Shown: positions 50,243 through 61,690 of the stretch, piece by piece | Layout of the letters: every line of letters begins with the position of its first letter | Numbering within the stretch: the first letter of the stretch is position 1 | Assembly (NCBI RefSeq): GCF_000143415.4 | Contig: NW_003314321.1 | Coordinates: 1,064,236 to 1,128,235, forward strand | From: Selaginella moellendorffii | Taxonomy: Eukaryota; Plantae; Lycopodiophyta | DNA: 64,000 nt | Reading direction: 5' to 3' | Notes under the pieces: model-generated | Databases searched by the model: none | What the model was told of the DNA's origin: nothing | Seen by the model: the letters and a program-made list of their open reading frames with translations, nothing else | Made by a program: the position numbers and the translations under genes

Positions 50243-50475
50243 CAGGCAAGTTCGCTTCTCATGTTTTCCTTTCCCTGACAAGCTTTGGTGCTTGCTCTTG
50301 CAGAACGCTGCTATCTCTTCCTAGTCAACTTCCATAGCTACTTAACCAACGATGGCATCGATATAACTAAAGAAAAACATATCTTGTGTTCCATCGTACC
50401 TAGCTACGTCAAGAAACAAACTCCTCTTTCGCTCTTACCACGAGGTATTTTTCATGTTATATGAGTGGAACGAAT

Positions 50476-51449
50476 CTAGGCAGCAGGACAGGCTTTAGCC
50501 TGCGTGATCTCCAATATGTGCTGCGCTTGCTCCACGATGGCGTCGAAGGATTTGCCACAGAAGAAAGAAGCGGCCGGCATGAGCAGTGACGCTCCAGGAG
50601 CAGCGAACGCGACGGCCAGTCCCAGCGCGACACAAACGGCGGTGAAGCTCCCGGTTTTAGCGAGCTCCGCGGCTATGGCGGCACAGGTAGCACTGTCAAC
50701 CGTGTAGAGTACCGCGTTGCACTTGTGTGGGAATGCCCGCGACACGGAGCTCGCTTCCTCCCAGCAAACGGGGCCCTGGCCCGCGAATCCCTGCGGACAA
50801 GCTTTGTAGCACAGGCCTCCATTCTCTTCCTCGTCGGGCTTGCAAACTAGCGGAGTTCCGGCCCCTCGTCCATACGAATGTTTCGTGAAAGATCTCCGGC
50901 AGAAGCATCCGGCGTCCTTGTATCCTGGTTTGCAGCCTCCGCAGCAGCCGAAGACTGTGCAGCAGCATCCTTTACCGTAGGAGCTCCAGCAAACACCGCC
51001 CATGTCGCGGGTGTCGCTCGGACACGATCTCCAGCACACCGGCCCGACTCCGGTGTGGTTTGCGGAGCACTGCTTGTAGCACAGCATGCCATTCCGCTCG
51101 CTTCCATTGTGGCACGAGCTTACTGGCACTCCGGCTCCTCGCCCTCGAGCTTGAGCGATGCAAGCCTTGCCTGCCCAAGATCTTTTGAGTACTAAGAAGC
51201 TTGGCTCTACATTGTAGAAAAGTGTGAAGTATGTATAGATCTTGCGACTTGCTTACCTTGGAGACTGTTGCTTGCTAGGGCTGTGGCTGGAGCTGGAGCT
51301 GGAGTGCTCGTGGCCTCCACTTGAACTAAACAAATCAAAACAATGAGTAGAAGAAATCTCTGTGTTGTTTGAGACCACCACGAAGAACACGAAGAGGAAC
51401 ACGAAGTCGAGGACGAGGAGACGCGCTTTGTTATGCAAGACTTTCCCAT
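50476..51449 (-). CDS. Secreted cysteine-rich repeat protein of unknown function (GRGAG.P..C/GLCY/GPVCW repeats)
   Basis: Exons 51449-51257 and 51206-50476 splice in frame. Signal-like RFLLLIVLICLVQVEA, two copies of GRGAG-P-x-C..E.NG.LCYK.C....G.GPVCW, and a hydrophobic C-terminal segment. Confidence 0.7.
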
Positions 51450-51580
51450 AAAGCAACTCACTTGTTTGGCTAGATAGCTACGCAATGTAGTGTGGTGGCT
51501 CACCTAAAGGCGGTGGAAGGAAAAAGAAGAAGAGATTCTATCCTCCACTTCTCGCCCTCCTTTGGGAAAGGCAGCCACCA

Positions 51581-53699
51581 TCAATGCTTGTGCTCTGGGA
51601 CTTTGTTGTTGGAAGGAACGGCGTTGAGCGTTTTGGAAGGAAGCCTGCGAGGCACGCGAGGCTTGGCACAGGCCTGGAGAGGTTCCAGCTTCTGGGTGGT
51701 GAGATAGACCGTGTCTTCCACAACATTCCTCTTGTCCATATCACCTTGCGGCAAAGTCCACTCGAAGTGCTGGACGAGAGTGGCGATGATCATGGGAACA
51801 ACGTAAAAAACTTGGGCCATCCCGGCGCAAATCCGTTTGCCTCCGCCAAAGGGCATGAGTCTCATGTCCGTCAATCCCATGTCAAAGCTGCCACCTTCGA
51901 CTCCTAGAAACCGTGATGGATCCCACGTCTCGGGATTGCTCCAGCGTTTTGGGTCGTGGTGGATTCCAAAGATGTTGACAATCAGCTGGAAAGTTTTACG
52001 TTGTGATCGAGCTATGAACAAGAAACCTTTGGCTTTCACTCACCTGGTAGCCAGCCGGAATGGTGTAGCCACCCAGCTCGACTTGCTCGTGTATGTATCT
52101 CGGGGGTAAAATTGGAACGGGGCTGTATTTTCTCAGCGTCTCTTTGATGACAGCGTTGAGGAAGGGAAGATTTGGAAGATCGTCTTCGCTCACCATCCGC
52201 TCATCTCCCACCACGCGTTTGATCTCGTTGTATAGCTTCTCCTGCAAAAGTTTTGATGTTAGCTTCCCAGTGTATATTGTGATGGTCGATCTTGCTACCT
52301 GTAGTTTTGGACCGCTGGCCAGCTCGTAGAGAGCCCACTCGGATGTCACCAGTGTCGTGTCGGAGCTCTCAATGATCGGCTCCCACGCAGCCAGCAACAG
52401 CTCGTCCTCACTGTAGTGTGATTCATTGTCGAGAAGAACATCGCAGTAGCACTTGTCTCGCTGCTGCAAAGTAGAAGACACAAATCTCGTGAATATACTA
52501 GCGTCTCATAAACAACAGAAACAAACCTGGCTGCGAGAGAGTTGCCTGTGCTGCTCCATCAATGCTTTGGTCACCGCAGACCTCTTGCGCTCCACCTTGT
52601 AGATCCCATCCTCAAACTTCCGATTGGGAATCCACTTGAGGCTCGGGAAAAAATCTCTCCAATCGATCTGGACGGCCGCTTTCATCACGTCCTGCACAAG
52701 GACGCGGTAAATCTCCCATCTCGTCACCTCTGCTCCAAGCTCTGGAACTCTAACACTCTCGATATCTCGGCCAAAAACCTACGTATCACGAAACTTTAGC
52801 TCTTCCTCGAGATGTTTTACACTTGCCTGGTGCATTCCTAAACGGAAGAGAAAGTTGGCAATGCAATCTCTGGCGTTCACCTGACCTGTAGAACCAGGAA
52901 ACCTCCCGAGCTCATCAAACAGGCCGTCGAGTGCAATTCGCAAGTAATTTTCGCGCTGAACATGCAGAGCTTTCTGAAAGGAAATGTGATTTAGAGAATA
53001 AATCAAGCAAAGTAACCTGCGAAGTTTGTCCGAGCAAGTTGTTCACCACCATTCTCTTGAGCATCCTATACCGATCGCCATAGTCACTCATTGCCACGAT
53101 CTTCCTGTTCCTGGTAAGAATGGTAAGGTTTGATCCCAAATCCCTGTTGGAGATGGAGGAATACTTGGCGACAACAGCCTGCCACCAATGAGTTAGCTTT
53201 GCCATGAAAGATGCTGTTTACCACCTCTCTTGCGAGCTCCGGCGAGCTGACAATTACTTGGGATTTCTGGCCGGTCCTGATGGTGTAGATCGGCCCATAC
53301 TCGTTACTCCAGCTTGTAAGCTTGCGGTGTGGCCTCTCCACCGTCATCTGGAGGAGGTTTCCAACAAACGGCAGCCCTGGCACCTCTGCCACACACGAGC
53401 AAACTCTACAGTAATGTTTTGGCTGATCGACAGATGCATGCTCGAACAACTTAGATCATTGAGTGGTTACCTGGCGGTAGATTGTTGCGGCGTCGTTTCG
53501 AAGAATGCTTGTGTAAGATGGCGACGGTGATGCAAAGCAGCGCCAGTCCCAGTAGAGCGGCAGTGGCGGCAGGAGGAAGAAAAGACCCTGCACCAAATTC
53601 CCCGAAAGCTTGATCCAAGCCGCTGCTTTTCGCCATGTCTTCGAGCTTCCTTGCCGCTGCCTCGGACCACAGGGGCAAGGCCGCTCTTAGAGAAGCCAT
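51581..53699 (-). CDS. KO: Cytochrome P450 CYP701, ent-kaurene oxidase
   Basis: VPGLPFVGNLLQM..ERPHR, VAMSDYG, IDWRDFFPSLKWIPN, I-helix WEPIIESSDTTLVTSEWALYELA, ETLRKYSPVP, heme FGGGKRICAG. 8 exons; a possible extra 5' exon lies at 53910-53774. Confidence 0.92.
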
Positions 53700-54521
53700 G
53701 CGTCTTGTTCGCAGAAAAAACAAAGAAGAAAAATACTATTCACCCATGGCATGGATAGATGATTTCTCCTTACATTTTGGGCGATGGTGATCTGCTCACT
53801 CCCAGAGCTGCGCATCCCCTGTTGTTGTTGCTCGATCCTCCTCCTCCTCGTCCGCTCTTGATAATTGCATGATCGAAGAGGTTACAAGGCGAGCACTTCA
53901 CAACGTCCATTAGTGGAAGCGATTCTCGATCAATGCGTCCAAGGACGAGCTAGATTCTATGCATTTGTAGGAATAATGTGCTTTTGATTCGCGTCCAAAT
54001 AAACAAGAACAAAAAGAGTATTCCCTCCGCACAAACAACAAAACCCCATCAACAGAGAGGTTAACGACTAATCGCCTCGGACAACGAGTAAATCACGGAC
54101 GTTGACATAGCGTTGACCCATAGCACTAAAAAAGTCCATCTTACACCCGCAGAGAGTCAATGCACGCGCCCAGGATGGCAGGATCATTCTTTCTCCTGTT
54201 GATCTCCTGATACTTGCATTTATTGTCCTGGCTAGCTATAGATGATAGAGAGGGATTTTGGAGACGATCGAGGCTAGAGAGAAAAAAAGATGTGTCACTG
54301 TTTTTTTCAATTGGCTGGTACAAAATCCAGGATTCTTTCGTGTGTAGATCTCTGTAGTATCATCACTTCCAAGGCAGCGATGCTATACGTAGCACTGCCG
54401 ACTGTCAACTTCTGTGAACTCGCTCGGAGGTAGCTCCAGTGAACCAAGTTTAATCTTGATGGGATTGTAACGCTTGCTCGAGTGAGAGCCGGATTTCCAT
54501 AACTCATCCCTGGAGTCGCGA

Positions 54522-55728
54522 CTAAGTGTCGAGGCACGACCACTGCATGGGTCCCTTGTCCTTGACATTCCGGTGGCGGCAATCGCCAAAGCTTGCTCCA
54601 TCGTCTTGTTCCTCCGCCAAGGCCGATATGTGGTAGCGAGCTTCGTTCCAAGGCCCGGCGTCCGAGTACTCGCAGCCTTGCGGGCATCGGCAGCTGCCAC
54701 CCAAGAACTCGGGCAAGTTTTGCTTGTCCACCAGCTCCAGCAGCTTGGGAGCGAAGTTGCTGCCATGGACCTCGATCTTCTTCTGCGTGCGCTTGTCCAG
54801 CCACGGCTTTATCACCGTCCAGATGGCCTTGAACGCCATGGGAGCGTTGACGATGAACATCTTGCCCAGGAACTCGGGGTAGTAGTCCTGGTCCACTTTG
54901 GAGATGTTCTGGATGAAATGCCGGACTTGCTTGCTCATGTGTTTCATCGTCTGCCAGATCAAAAGCGTTGTTTGCTGAGTGAGCAAGCGATCGATAGACC
55001 ACCTAGATCCTGGCTAGATCCTCTAGAATGGAAAGAAACACTCACCACTCCTTTCAAGTCGAGGATGGCCAGCGACTGTGATATCGTCTTGCCGGCCTTG
55101 CGTGAGCACGCCGGGAACTTCCACTCGATGAGAATCTCCCACTCTTGGATGTGCTCCATCATCATCCTGTCCATGGTGGTGATCTTCATCAGCTCGTCCA
55201 CCTGGAGCTGCCCCAGTTTCTCGATGTACAGAGGTCGCCCCAGCTTGTCAGTCTTGTGATGGAAATGTGGGTACAAATTTTTCACCAGATTCCTCTCCGG
55301 GAAATCGAATGTCTGGACCGAGCAAGCAGATCCAACGAATCCAAGAACACAACGAAAAAAAAAAGAGTAAGAACACACCGGAAAAAAAAAAATGTTTTTG
55401 GAGTACTTACCTCTCGAATGGTGTCGGCCCCGACTTGCATGCGCCAGTCCAGCATTGCCTCGTACATGGCCTTGGCTTTGGCGACATCGAAAGATCGAGC
55501 TCGCAGGAAGCGCAAGAGATCGCAGTCAGTGTCGCGCTTGCGCACCAGATTGTGCTCCACCAGCAGCGATCTAAACCTGTTAAGCGCCTCCTCCTGCGAG
55601 AGCGTGAGATCCTGAGGCCCTCCGCCCGTTCTAGCAAGCCGCTCCTCACCCGAGCGATCCAGTATGTCGTCCACGCGCGACGAGCAAGGGCAGAGCTTGG
55701 AAATCTGATCTGCCGCTATGGACGCCAT
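54522..55728 (-). CDS. SEC14-like phosphatidylinositol/phosphatidylcholine transfer protein (CRAL-TRIO)
   Basis: Exons 55728-55411, 55312-55046 and 54950-54522. LLRFLRARSFDV, YPHFHHKTDKLGRPLYIEKLG, KFPACS, ILDLKGV, DYYPEFLGKMFIVNAP, LPEFLGGSC.C..GC..SDAGPW. Confidence 0.93.
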
Positions 55729-56269
55729 CCCCGAGAAGCAAAAGAAAGGAAGGGAGGAGGAGCGCAATCTAGTAGCAGCCCACCGCCCACCCAGTGTAAT
55801 TCACATCCATTCGCTCCTTCAAACCTGTGAGCTTAGCTCCAATTCGCAGCGCGCTCGAGTTAAAGAAGTCCCCACACGCACGAATCTCCTCGCTCGATCG
55901 GCGGCGGCGCAGTGAGAGGGCAATGCCGGATCTGGGGCGATCGATCGCTTGCGCCTGCGCTTGCGTGGGCAGAGAGAAAGGGAGAAGGAAGAGAAGAAGC
56001 CCGCCCCTCCGCTGCCGCCCCTCTTCTTCTCTCACCTTTCTTTGCCCTGTGCGATGGTGCCCTCCTCTCTCTCTTTCCCTGTCGCACGCAAGCAATTACC
56101 CTGACGCGAAAGATTTATGGGTAAAAAAGGGAGTAAAATCGCCTCTGTTTGCCAGACGGACACCAAATAGAGCGATTCCGTCATCATCCATGGCCACGCT
56201 GGCGCCACGTGGATTATGCCCCATTAACTAGGAATATCCACTGGCTGCTGTGAAGATAGTCAAAGTGGG

Positions 56270-57600
56270 CAACTTGGATAGCTCGTTCGGTGTGTCTGAT
56301 CACTCTGCAACGTAGTTCCACTTCTCCCGTGTGCCAAAGATGTTTCCGTTCTGGGCATAAACTTGGATTATTCCAAGCACCTCATGTGCTTTCTCCATGT
56401 TTCTTTGACCTGCGAAAGCCGCCAACATTGTCGTCTGGGCCAAAAACTTCGTCGCAGAAGGCATGGTGTCAAATGCCACATGAATGACCACCAAGGCATT
56501 TGCTGCTATCAGCGAATGACTTCAACGATGGCATCAACTTTAACGCCTCCCTGACCATGCACGATTGTCCAGTCAGAAAAAAAAATCTCCCAGAACAAAA
56601 TGTTCCAGGAGATACCACCCCAAGTGGGGGCATCTTGTGAAATGAGAAATTAGCAACCCGAGATTGTCTTGGAGCATGATGCAAAGTGTGTCTTCGACAA
56701 GATGTTGCTTTGGAGGAACGGGGAATGGGACATCATCTCGTATGCTTACACGACTCGGGGCAGGGTAGCCGAAACAAGCAGAGTTCTTATTACAATTCCC
56801 GAGCACATTCTCATGCGTGGAACGCAAAGCTTGAAATTTATACATAAAAATCCTCGATGCCTCATTACGTCGTTCATGCATGAAACTGCATTTAGTGAAT
56901 CGTTACAAATATTCCCTAGAACTTCGCCAGCTCGAGGAGCCAAGTGCGTGAGAACGGAGAGGCTTGGAAACACTATCCTCAGGTACCTGAGTTCCTCGGC
57001 AATGAAGGCGACGGTGGGTTGAATTTGCTTCATAAGCCGCTGGTAAATGCCATATCGGGCTAAAACTAAAGTTTTACCTTTGACGATGTCCAGGAGCAGC
57101 TGCAACAAGGCAAAGGACAGACTGCTACAAACCACGTACACCACCGTCTCGTGGGGAGCCATGCTACGGAATGTAAAAGGACTAAGCACAACAAGGTTCC
57201 TTGCTCTGGGGCTGAGGTGGTGGGGCGTTGCAGTCATTGATACGTGGACCTCGTGGATGAAGCTCTTGCGAATGCGAAAGCAGCCTTTCTCATGCGGAAA
57301 GGCAAGATGGACCAAGTGGCACAGAGAAGCAAAGAAGACCTATGCAACCATGGAGGATCATGCGAATTCCAATAGTCTCCGAGTTCAATGCTGAACTTGT
57401 CCGGGCAGAGAAGAAAATCCAGACTGCTAAGTGAACAACCAACGATGTTGGCTGTGCTTCTCTCCGGCCTCATGATCATGAGATGCCTTTACGGGAATCG
57501 AGTTCTAGACCGAGGACGGTGTCAAAGTTCTCGTAAAGTCACGCGACGCGGAGGCAGACAGGCAAGAACCCAGCGCTACTTTACTTGGGGTGCTAACTTC
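56270..57600 (+). pseudogene. Degenerate PPR gene fragment
   Basis: Broken PPR-like pieces (KVGNLDS, DAKCVFDKM..W..ISYAY..GR..E, LGNTIL, TTVSWGAML) interrupted by stops and frameshifts. Confidence 0.45.
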
Positions 57601-57746
57601 TGTTAGTTTCAAAATGCCCAAAAAGAGAAACTAAAGCAGCTATTTGTAGTGAGCCCGAGAAGATCGCTTCGCTGCCGTGGCTTAGAGAGGCAAGTCGATC
57701 ATGGTGGAGAACTCAATAGGTTCTACAAACATGATGTGCATGCAAC

Positions 57747-60700
57747 TCATCGAATGCTACTGAGGCCACCGGGTTTCATGTCGCTGCCACATTTCTTGTC
57801 GGCCGATCCAAACACCCTCCAGAAGCGCAGCGTCTCGTCCGCGGCCACAGATGCAACCGTTGTTTCCTCGGGGCTCTACATGCAAAACAGGAAAAGCCAC
57901 TGGCAAAAGCTGGAGAAGAAGAAAACAATTTGTGAATTGTTTGGTGATAAACCTGTGCCAAATGGATCACTCGAGCAGTATGGCCCTGGAGCTCGGCAAT
58001 CCTGATCATCGACGGATACTTCCACACACACAGCTGGTTGAGGCTGTAGCCATGGCTGCTGAGAATCTCCTTTTGATGCTGGCTCCACTGTAGAGCACAC
58101 ACCTGCATGAAAAAATCGAGAGCTTAGTGAAGGAAAGATTGAGAGGAGAAAAGATGGTGGAGAGAGAAGATCACCTGGGACAAGGTATTGATGCTGTTGA
58201 GACACGTCCTGGTGATGCATCAATCCACAGTTCCACCACCCAAGGCCAGCAAGCACGACTGAAACAGGCACCAGGCAAGTGCCTTGACAGCAGCTTGATG
58301 GCAGTTGGACCGGAACATACAGCTGGAGATATCCTGTGTCCCAGAAGAGATGGTGTGGCATGTAAGTATGCCTAGATGGTAGTAGTTTTTATGGATATAT
58401 ACCCATCTATATACACTTGATATACACAAAAAATTTCTTTCTTATGTTGTTCTTTTATTGTATCGGAGCAATTGGCTCTTTGATCCTAGGGATGGCATTT
58501 GTTGGCCAAGAGGCCAATGAGGAGGAGGAGGATGAACCTCTTGATTGCAATCCTTTTGGCAATATTGGAGGCTTTTGTTGGATGCATTAAATGCTTAAGG
58601 CATTGCATCAAAGCACCAGATTATGAAAAGGTGTTGAGTAACAAATAGCAGCAAGTAGAGTATAAAGTTAATGGGAGATTGAAAGATTTCAACAACCTAG
58701 ATTAATTAAGATTTATAAATATTACATAACAATTCTTTGCAGAAATATCTAACAATTGGGAAGAATATTTATAGAGATTCAAATGCCTAGTAGCAGCAGA
58801 AGTGAGAGTTTGGAAATTCACAGCCAATACCATGTGTTAGTGGCAAGATTAAAGCTATAACAATAAGCAGAAATGTGTGCAAGTAAGGCTAAGACCAAGA
58901 ACCAAGTTTTGGGTAGTTGATTGATTATATAGAAATTAACAACTAATCCAAGCCTGAATCTAAGCTTAAATCATGCCTAGCTAATTTAAGTTGATAGTTG
59001 ATGAGAAAAGAATACAAAAAATTCTACATGTGTGTATGCATTTCTCTTGTGTGTGTTATGAATTCCACTTTCTAACAAAGTTGATAATTATATATGAGGC
59101 TAGAGAATTTGTAGTTTTAATAGTTTACACTAGTCAACTGAGTGCACTTCGTGTTCTTAAATGCTACTTTGGTCTGTGAATTTCACTTTGAACTTCAATT
59201 TTATTTTTAAAAAATTGCAGGTTTGTAAGAATTAACATAATGGTATCATAAAAAAATTTATATAATATGTTTTACATGTTTAGTCAGATACCGACATTGA
59301 TTTGATAAAATAAATAAAATAAAATTATTTTAATATTAATAAAAAAATTTAATTACTTTTTAGTACATAATTAATTTTTATCAGTTAGATATGTGATTTT
59401 TTAATTCAGCAGTTTAAATGATATTTTTGAATTCAAAAGATTTCTACTAATTTCATCACCTCTAAAAATGCCTCTAAATCTAAAAAATTAATTAAAACCA
59501 AGGAAGGTCTAAACTTTCACAAACTTGAAATATAAATTTTCTCTTTTTCACAATATCATTGTTAAATGCTTGTCTTTAATAATATTCCAAGTTGACTCTA
59601 TTATATCTAACCAAGATACATAAAAAATACCTGTCTCCCATTTAATCCTTGTAAAGGATAAAAAAACATCTTTTCTATCATTATTATTTTTTTATTGTAT
59701 AATTTTTAAAGATTCTAAATGGTTCAAAAAGTCTTAGTTATTGTTAAATCTGTATTGTTGTTGAATTTGGGTAGTATTTAAATAAATTTTTATTTTGATG
59801 AAAAATAAATTAGTAGCTATAAAGCATATAGATTTTAGGCAGTTGAAGAAGCACTAAAAACAAATAACAACAAGTAATTTCAACAATTTATATTAAAAAT
59901 TAAGTTAAGATTTTGAATAGTGATTTTTTTCATGTAATTAAGAAGGATGATTAAGTGTTTAGTAGTAGTAGAAGTAGTAGTAAAAAATAAATTTCCAACT
60001 TTATTTCTCTTTCTTACTAATAATTAATTATTGTACCTTTAGTTTTTTCTATCATTATTCACACCCAGAATTAAGGAGTCAATTTCTCTAATACCATGAA
60101 TGTAATGGAGAAATATGCACACTATGAGGAAGAACTTTCTATATATCAATTGTATATAGATGTAATAAATTTGATATTATGTAATAATGTTTTTTGCATT
60201 CCAACTTATTTCATTTTGTCTTACTCCAATCTCTTTACACTTTTGGATCTTCTTTTCTTTATTCTATCCTTGACCAAACACTTTACAAAAAGAACACCCC
60301 ATGCAAAGATCTAAGAAATAATTTAACCCATTATATGTGCACATGTAGCTAATGTGGTTTTTCTCATTCCTCTTCCATTCCGATCCTCAATCCTTTCTTG
60401 CACATATTTTTTCTTATTATTATAACTTCAATCTTGTTACTATATTAGGTTCCTACTTCTACTACTACTAAGCAATTAATCATCCTTCCCAAATACATGC
60501 AAAACTTTACTATACAAAATCTTCCTTATTAAAGGGTATGTGCATGCCCATTGACCACAGTAACTTACTTTCTATATTCTTAATGGTAATAACTTTAACC
60601 TCTTAATGTCTTTCTGAGAGTGTTTTGTGTCATTTGCCTTCTAAGATATAAATTGCAATCACCATTTGGAACACTTTGGTGCTGAGTGGTGTTCTATAAC

Positions 60701-61553
60701 AAACCCCTGAGTAATAAAATAATGTTTAATTATCTATCTTTTTTATTATAATAAGGCAAATATGGTCATATATCAATGTGTCATAATAATGTAAAAAACA
60801 TACTAGGACAATGTCAAATATCTTCAAATAGCTTATTTACCTCTTTATTATCATCAATGTCCCTTTTAGGAGCACAAATATGAGTGAAATACCACCACCT
60901 TCAAATACCACCACCTTACTATTACAAATCTCCATACAAGTATGAGTATGAATAATAATAGAAATAATAATTGTGTGATAATTGTTTTTCTTAATGTGGG
61001 CATAATTACATGCCACATCATCTCTATCTCTCACACCAGATGTGGAGTAGATTATCGTTCCTGCCGCTGGCCAGCTGTTGCCACATGGTGACCACTTCAA
61101 GCCGCACACCTCTTGACAGTGTCCTGTGAGAACTGGCGCCTTGCAAAGCTAATCGTTCCATCATCGGAAGCAAGCCAAGGTTTTACCGTCGTGGTCGCAG
61201 CTTTTGGATGATCCATTCCAAGCCAGAGACGTGACACGTGATGACTGCTAAAGGTTCGAATCTACATGTTCCAAGAAAGAAAAGCTTGCATGAGGAAGTT
61301 GAGATCACAAACCTGGCTTCTGCTGGTGGCATGGATGCGTGCGCTGCTCAGTCCCACTGCAATCAAGCTTTCATTGTCGGACCATGCGTGTCATGCTCCT
61401 CGCATTTGCTAAGTTGGAAGCTCTAGCCAGTGTCGGCGTCCCACAGGTAGACGGCAGGCCCCAGAGCGACGGCGACTGTGTTGTTGCAACTCCAGTCTAG
61501 TAAGTTGAGGTAGTAGTCGTCCACGCTCTCAGGGGCATCTCTCAGGAGTCTTG
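57747..61553 (-). pseudogene. CDC20: CDC20 (APC/C activator, WD40) pseudogene split by two insertions
   Basis: 5' part 61553-61036: [35 protein letters not shown], in-frame TAG at ~61423, GH.QEVCGLKWS. 3' part 58345-57747: [49 protein letters not shown] and the terminal IR-stop tail. Contains deletions and frameshifts. Confidence 0.88.
58346..61035. mobile_element. Non-autonomous AT-rich TIR element (~2.7 kb) inserted in CDC20
   Basis: 27-bp TIRs agagatggtgtggcatgtaagtatgcc (58346-58372) and the reverse complement of 60999-61025, 25/27 identical. ccaga is duplicated at 58341-58345 and 61036-61040. No ORF. Confidence 0.75.
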
Positions 61554-61690
61554 TGTCACGGTTCCAAGGAAGAACACTCTACAGAATTGATTGACAATGT
61601 ATGTGAGACAAATCGGGATCAAAGCGCACCGCGCTAGCGGACAGAACAGGAAAACCCTAATGGACACGTGGCGAGGTGTGTCGTGTAACA
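61554..61690 (-). repeat. 137-bp 3' LTR of the copia element
   Basis: Follows the polypurine tract TGGGGGGGAG (61700-61691). Starts TGTTAC and ends GTGACA; CDC20 coding sequence resumes immediately after. Confidence 0.8.

Noticed and set aside
51581-55728. Diterpenoid biosynthetic gene cluster around CYP701
   Set aside because: No terpene synthase (CPS/KS), further P450 or dioxygenase is visible in the window.
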